A stretch of DNA of 64,000 nucleotides from Monocercomonoides exilis PA203 (taxonomy: Eukaryota > Protista > Preaxostyla), in the NCBI GenBank assembly GCA_001643675.2, contig LSRY02000004.1:1054001-1118000 (forward strand), read 5' to 3'. The translations under genes and the position numbers were made by a program. Every line of letters begins with the position of its first letter. The stretch's first letter is position 1. Below, one piece after another: positions 62,801 through 64,000 of the stretch. The notes under the pieces are model-generated. The model was not told where the DNA came from and made no database searches. It saw nothing but the letters and a program-made list of their open reading frames with translations.

Positions 62801-64000
62801 TTTTCCATTGCCAGCGTTTTGTCCATCACCTCAACAAATGCCTCTCTTCCACAGAGTGACTCCTTCAGAACCAGTGTCATCTTCAAAATTTGAGTATCAG
62901 CTGAAAGCATGAGAAGTGCATCCTGTTGTTTTTCGATGTCTGAACCAACAACAATTTCACTCCACTCATTCACTGTGTCAAGTACAAAACTACCACCAAC
63001 GATAACTGCCTCCTCATCGAGCTTATATCCTTCTCTCATCCGAATTCTGTGCCCTTCTACTGAACCAACTGCATCAATCGCTCCTTGGATTGTCCGACAT
63101 GCAAACATTTCACTTCCACACCTGCTGAAATCATACACCCCTTCTTCGCTTCCCACAATTGTTGGCACACTCACTTCTCTCAGATACACCACGAGAGCTA
63201 TCACCAGCTTTTCATTTGCCGTGCTCCTCTCAAACCCACTCAGCTCATTATACACATCCATATTCGGCTGAAGCCCAAGTGTTGTTGTGTTAATCACCTT
63301 CTGTAAATCATCTGCACTCACAAACATGTTCTTCCCAGCCCTCGCCTCACAATTCGAAAATCCAACATTTTTCACCACAAAGTCTCTCATCCCCTCGCAG
63401 ACATATAAATACACTCCTCCTCCATATCCTCCTCCACTATTCCCTCTTGTTTCTGATCCTCCTGCACTGCATGACTCAAACATCGTCTTCTTATCAGAAC
63501 TAGTCATGTTCCCAATCCCCACCCTGCTTCCCATCTTCATCTCTAGCCACAATGCCCCACCGTTCCCACTCAAACATCTGCAGCCTTCAAATGAAATACC
63601 GTTCAGCTCCATTTCCTTTCCATCCTCCACAACTCCACAAAACACACTCCCATCTCCTTCACTTCGTTCAATCCCCAAAAACATGCTCGCTTCAATTCTT
63701 GCAGTTCCAGCTGCACCAATTCTCACCATCTCCTGTTTGCTCTTCATCCATTTCATCGTAACATTGTTGCATGTCAACTCTCCATCACCAATCTCAATAA
63801 CACTTTTCTCAAACACTTCTGCTTGCTCATCCCCTTCTGTGCTCCTTTCACTCTTCAATACTGCATCTCGAAGCTCTGCGACTCCTGCTCTCCCTTCAAT
63901 CTTGAGCAGATGCGATCCTTTCCACAATCCAGAATTGTGAACCAGACATATCTTCACTATGACCAGCTTTCCACTTGTGATCTTCATCCCAGCACCTCCC
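56899..64000 (-). CDS. Large single-pass surface receptor-like protein with a degenerate C-terminal kinase-like domain (5' end outside the window)
   Basis: Open frame >2360 aa. Repeated G.D...CG....PC.T and GGG/A beta-helix-like motifs; transmembrane segment FWPIAVVVLVVVLLFVIIVSVILAV; kinase C-lobe motifs RWKAPE, FSIGMMLWECLT..PF and RPT. Confidence 0.88.
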   Translation of the reverse strand, partial: GGAGMKITSGKLVIVKICLVHNSGLWKGSHLLKIEGRAGVAELRDAVLKSERSTEGDEQAEVFEKSVIEIGDGELTCNNVTMKWMKSKQEMVRIGAAGTARIEASMFLGIERSEGDGSVFCGVVEDGKEMELNGISFEGCRCLSGNGGALWLEMKMGSRVGIGNMTSSDKKTMFESCSAGGSETRGNSGGGYGGGVYLYVCEGMRDFVVKNVGFSNCEARAGKNMFVSADDLQKVINTTTLGLQPNMDVYNELSGFERSTANEKLVIALVVYLREVSVPTIVGSEEGVYDFSRCGSEMFACRTIQGAIDAVGSVEGHRIRMREGYKLDEEAVIVGGSFVLDTVNEWSEIVVGSDIEKQQDALLMLSADTQILKMTLVLKESLCGREAFVEVMDKTLAMENNKMRMMKSVTAVDYEYVRVTGGKLVMRNCEIVEGKHVIFGRNRMLSVKGEGELEMDGIICKGVGSTGVDGIVVVSSSGKSHIHNCEFEGKEGCESGFGTWSGSWNVEMENVSVVGMKRRTGDGGCFAFGGGNGITMEGRNCTMSGCSVGEEQSGGGGIRSELSVASVFKLDGWKVNGCSAQERGGGIFLYGCAGSKIDYALNDIEFGGNSAAEGKDVFVECDDLVVGVVKEKFVDIRGREGESIGMEGIDKGYFKERAVSLDLFLKEYIGGVVDVSRTGIDVIGCGSGEHPCKTLLRGYKNAEQWEGKKTLKVSGIAEIEDMYDMSTYEIVKNEGAESARLTVKSMIEREEGSSVLGNTASMLMRGMEIGLPIEFVHDINAVILSRSTAEGEENAEVEIEKCTFVGDGTGERKYAIMVVEGGIARLRECEMSMIEMAETGFSIQGSIVVDGCKFSECGRTVSGEGGVMRVVIENGKEMKMNNTKMKSCRCDGEGGKGGFLWMDCQGNEAEKPFIFGEGCEMQGNKATVGRNMFIFASKLNGCVSVNSFLFDVGNWSDDRNGFVGNDSVFARTDLLRFVIMFKDRIVHVAEDGYDVMRCGSIEDPCMSLWQGLMHIEDCEEERMIKIKKKTMMDDKLDVSGIKIEAHGETLIEEDAKATIVVEVKQRMEGVGLVNSKNAEFEVIRFDVVKAEECLRATIIANNEGVLSLTRCALRIEENEFVGEIVFVHLIKGELKGKGIEMERESVCNGIFVVESGCRCVVEELKVEGCKVKSGALISVSAGMEADERKVNIVDREAGIGIVNSSIGWVDGEGSDAVVVKSEGEVSVGAEVNGTKVEGCKCGRSTKGGGMCWQMSAGGWLCVSECSVVQCGCSGISGRGGGVYVGAEVDGALDFVFEGDKFEGNTAYIGRHIFVACRNISSQINETQFVMDLRGISGQAHMISGSDTTDHREDTDLMPFITIYQSSTIFVSSGGAKGGENNRQCGKEDKCCETLGYGLKHIVHEYGTRVVVDEASEVETEIKLENLTLLAKGSRATVGMSRLARKEKGCVVECKVNVSVERISFEIPEVIPTEHEQIFCVEEGTLSMSECWVKPAEGYNECRMPTLMHGERSSVTITGLIVSQFVCASLVECVECEVKLSEVVVEQGESMNGLIFLRNGEMNVKELDVVDVRIEDGPVVNVLREGGNVNYGRSPNEKGRKQLRGDEKRVDVMLSKFSNISRTSEGACGVECEDGEGKIALQNCSFVVCESKSTQGVEASFCKCTSLSLDSCMFVGALEENELMKEKEVFERDEICRWNGSLVEIASSTAAMKDTSFANSPEGGLSVCGGSTTIEKGEFANNNPSIEGYPSARRNIVCGDAGSLDVLSLKGGDGVLPNTSMWILNEGCTVGGMAEERESVFFIPRLDGVEAEDDGGETALKFHGSLLLPCNLWFQMATTVGSASSMAAHQFEADGFAGEGEAVGVLPSGAIRSAPEEAEVSVCILFGRIDSPSSTESFVLKNRSESEIKGDGRIVEGGKEGKSFWPIAVVVLVVVLLFVIIVSVILAVRWRKQKRRTEELEVIVEDTVKKDPKAFEMVTMEMSPEEQWRRAEREAEKKNEERIKKRAYEKSLGHSESSEHLLSESGSTEYILGKDSDKIPEWVLEKFDEKEEEEEIRKRIPSPSISSTSTTDTSDTESTFVRSESLCPTTSSMSNLVDAMACSSPHEKLIVDLRDSLFMLLHGRNEKKEMAISTFQEREYTAVQILFWVANLALHSFDEMDNPLSSLANLSPHIVLFSEHMVICIAMHSDFSSDDSDSSSISSSTVVTSASDDDDESDSLPSSAFEDEDDNFKKECLRWKAPELLINKKMGATKESVAFSIGMMLWECLTLKIPFGEYEAEVAGQKIMNGEKPKPEVVESSSLSDTVKCILCQQPNDRPTLNDLKKEFFQHFPEGVMVMTIADAVDYQMPSECNSQIPDSCSSLISL

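Noticed and set aside
56981-63940. Long plus-strand ORFs (e.g. 59960-61471, 503 aa)
   Set aside because: Antisense shadows of the 2362-aa receptor gene.

Overview
AT-rich eukaryotic DNA with short GT-AG introns, standard stop codons and poly-Ser tracts. A receptor-like pseudokinase family suggests an oxymonad such as Monocercomonoides (inference from gene style). The first 30 kb and 47.5-56 kb are mostly mobile DNA. The most unusual feature is a ~4.8-kb element (3235-8071) with ~663-bp terminal inverted repeats (TIRs). It encodes an AEP primase-polymerase/SF3 (D5-like) helicase fusion and a small basic ORF in each TIR, with no transposase, integrase or capsid. Each end is itself a ~236-bp foldback flanked by ATAT. 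Other mobile DNA: three hAT elements with 8-bp target-site duplications (TSDs) that carry host-gene fragments (one has an apparently intact transposase), five 200-260-bp MITEs with ATAT/ATCT TSDs, two long palindromes with mutually inverted loops, and Merlin, hAT and pogo transposase remnants. Host genes at 30.7-47.3 kb: a ubiquitin-like protein with a duplicated unknown domain, a coiled-coil protein, ABCF2 with an N-terminal RWD-like domain, and an SMCR8 homolog. A large transmembrane pseudokinase starts beyond the right edge. All calls come from reading the sequence by eye; no searches were run.
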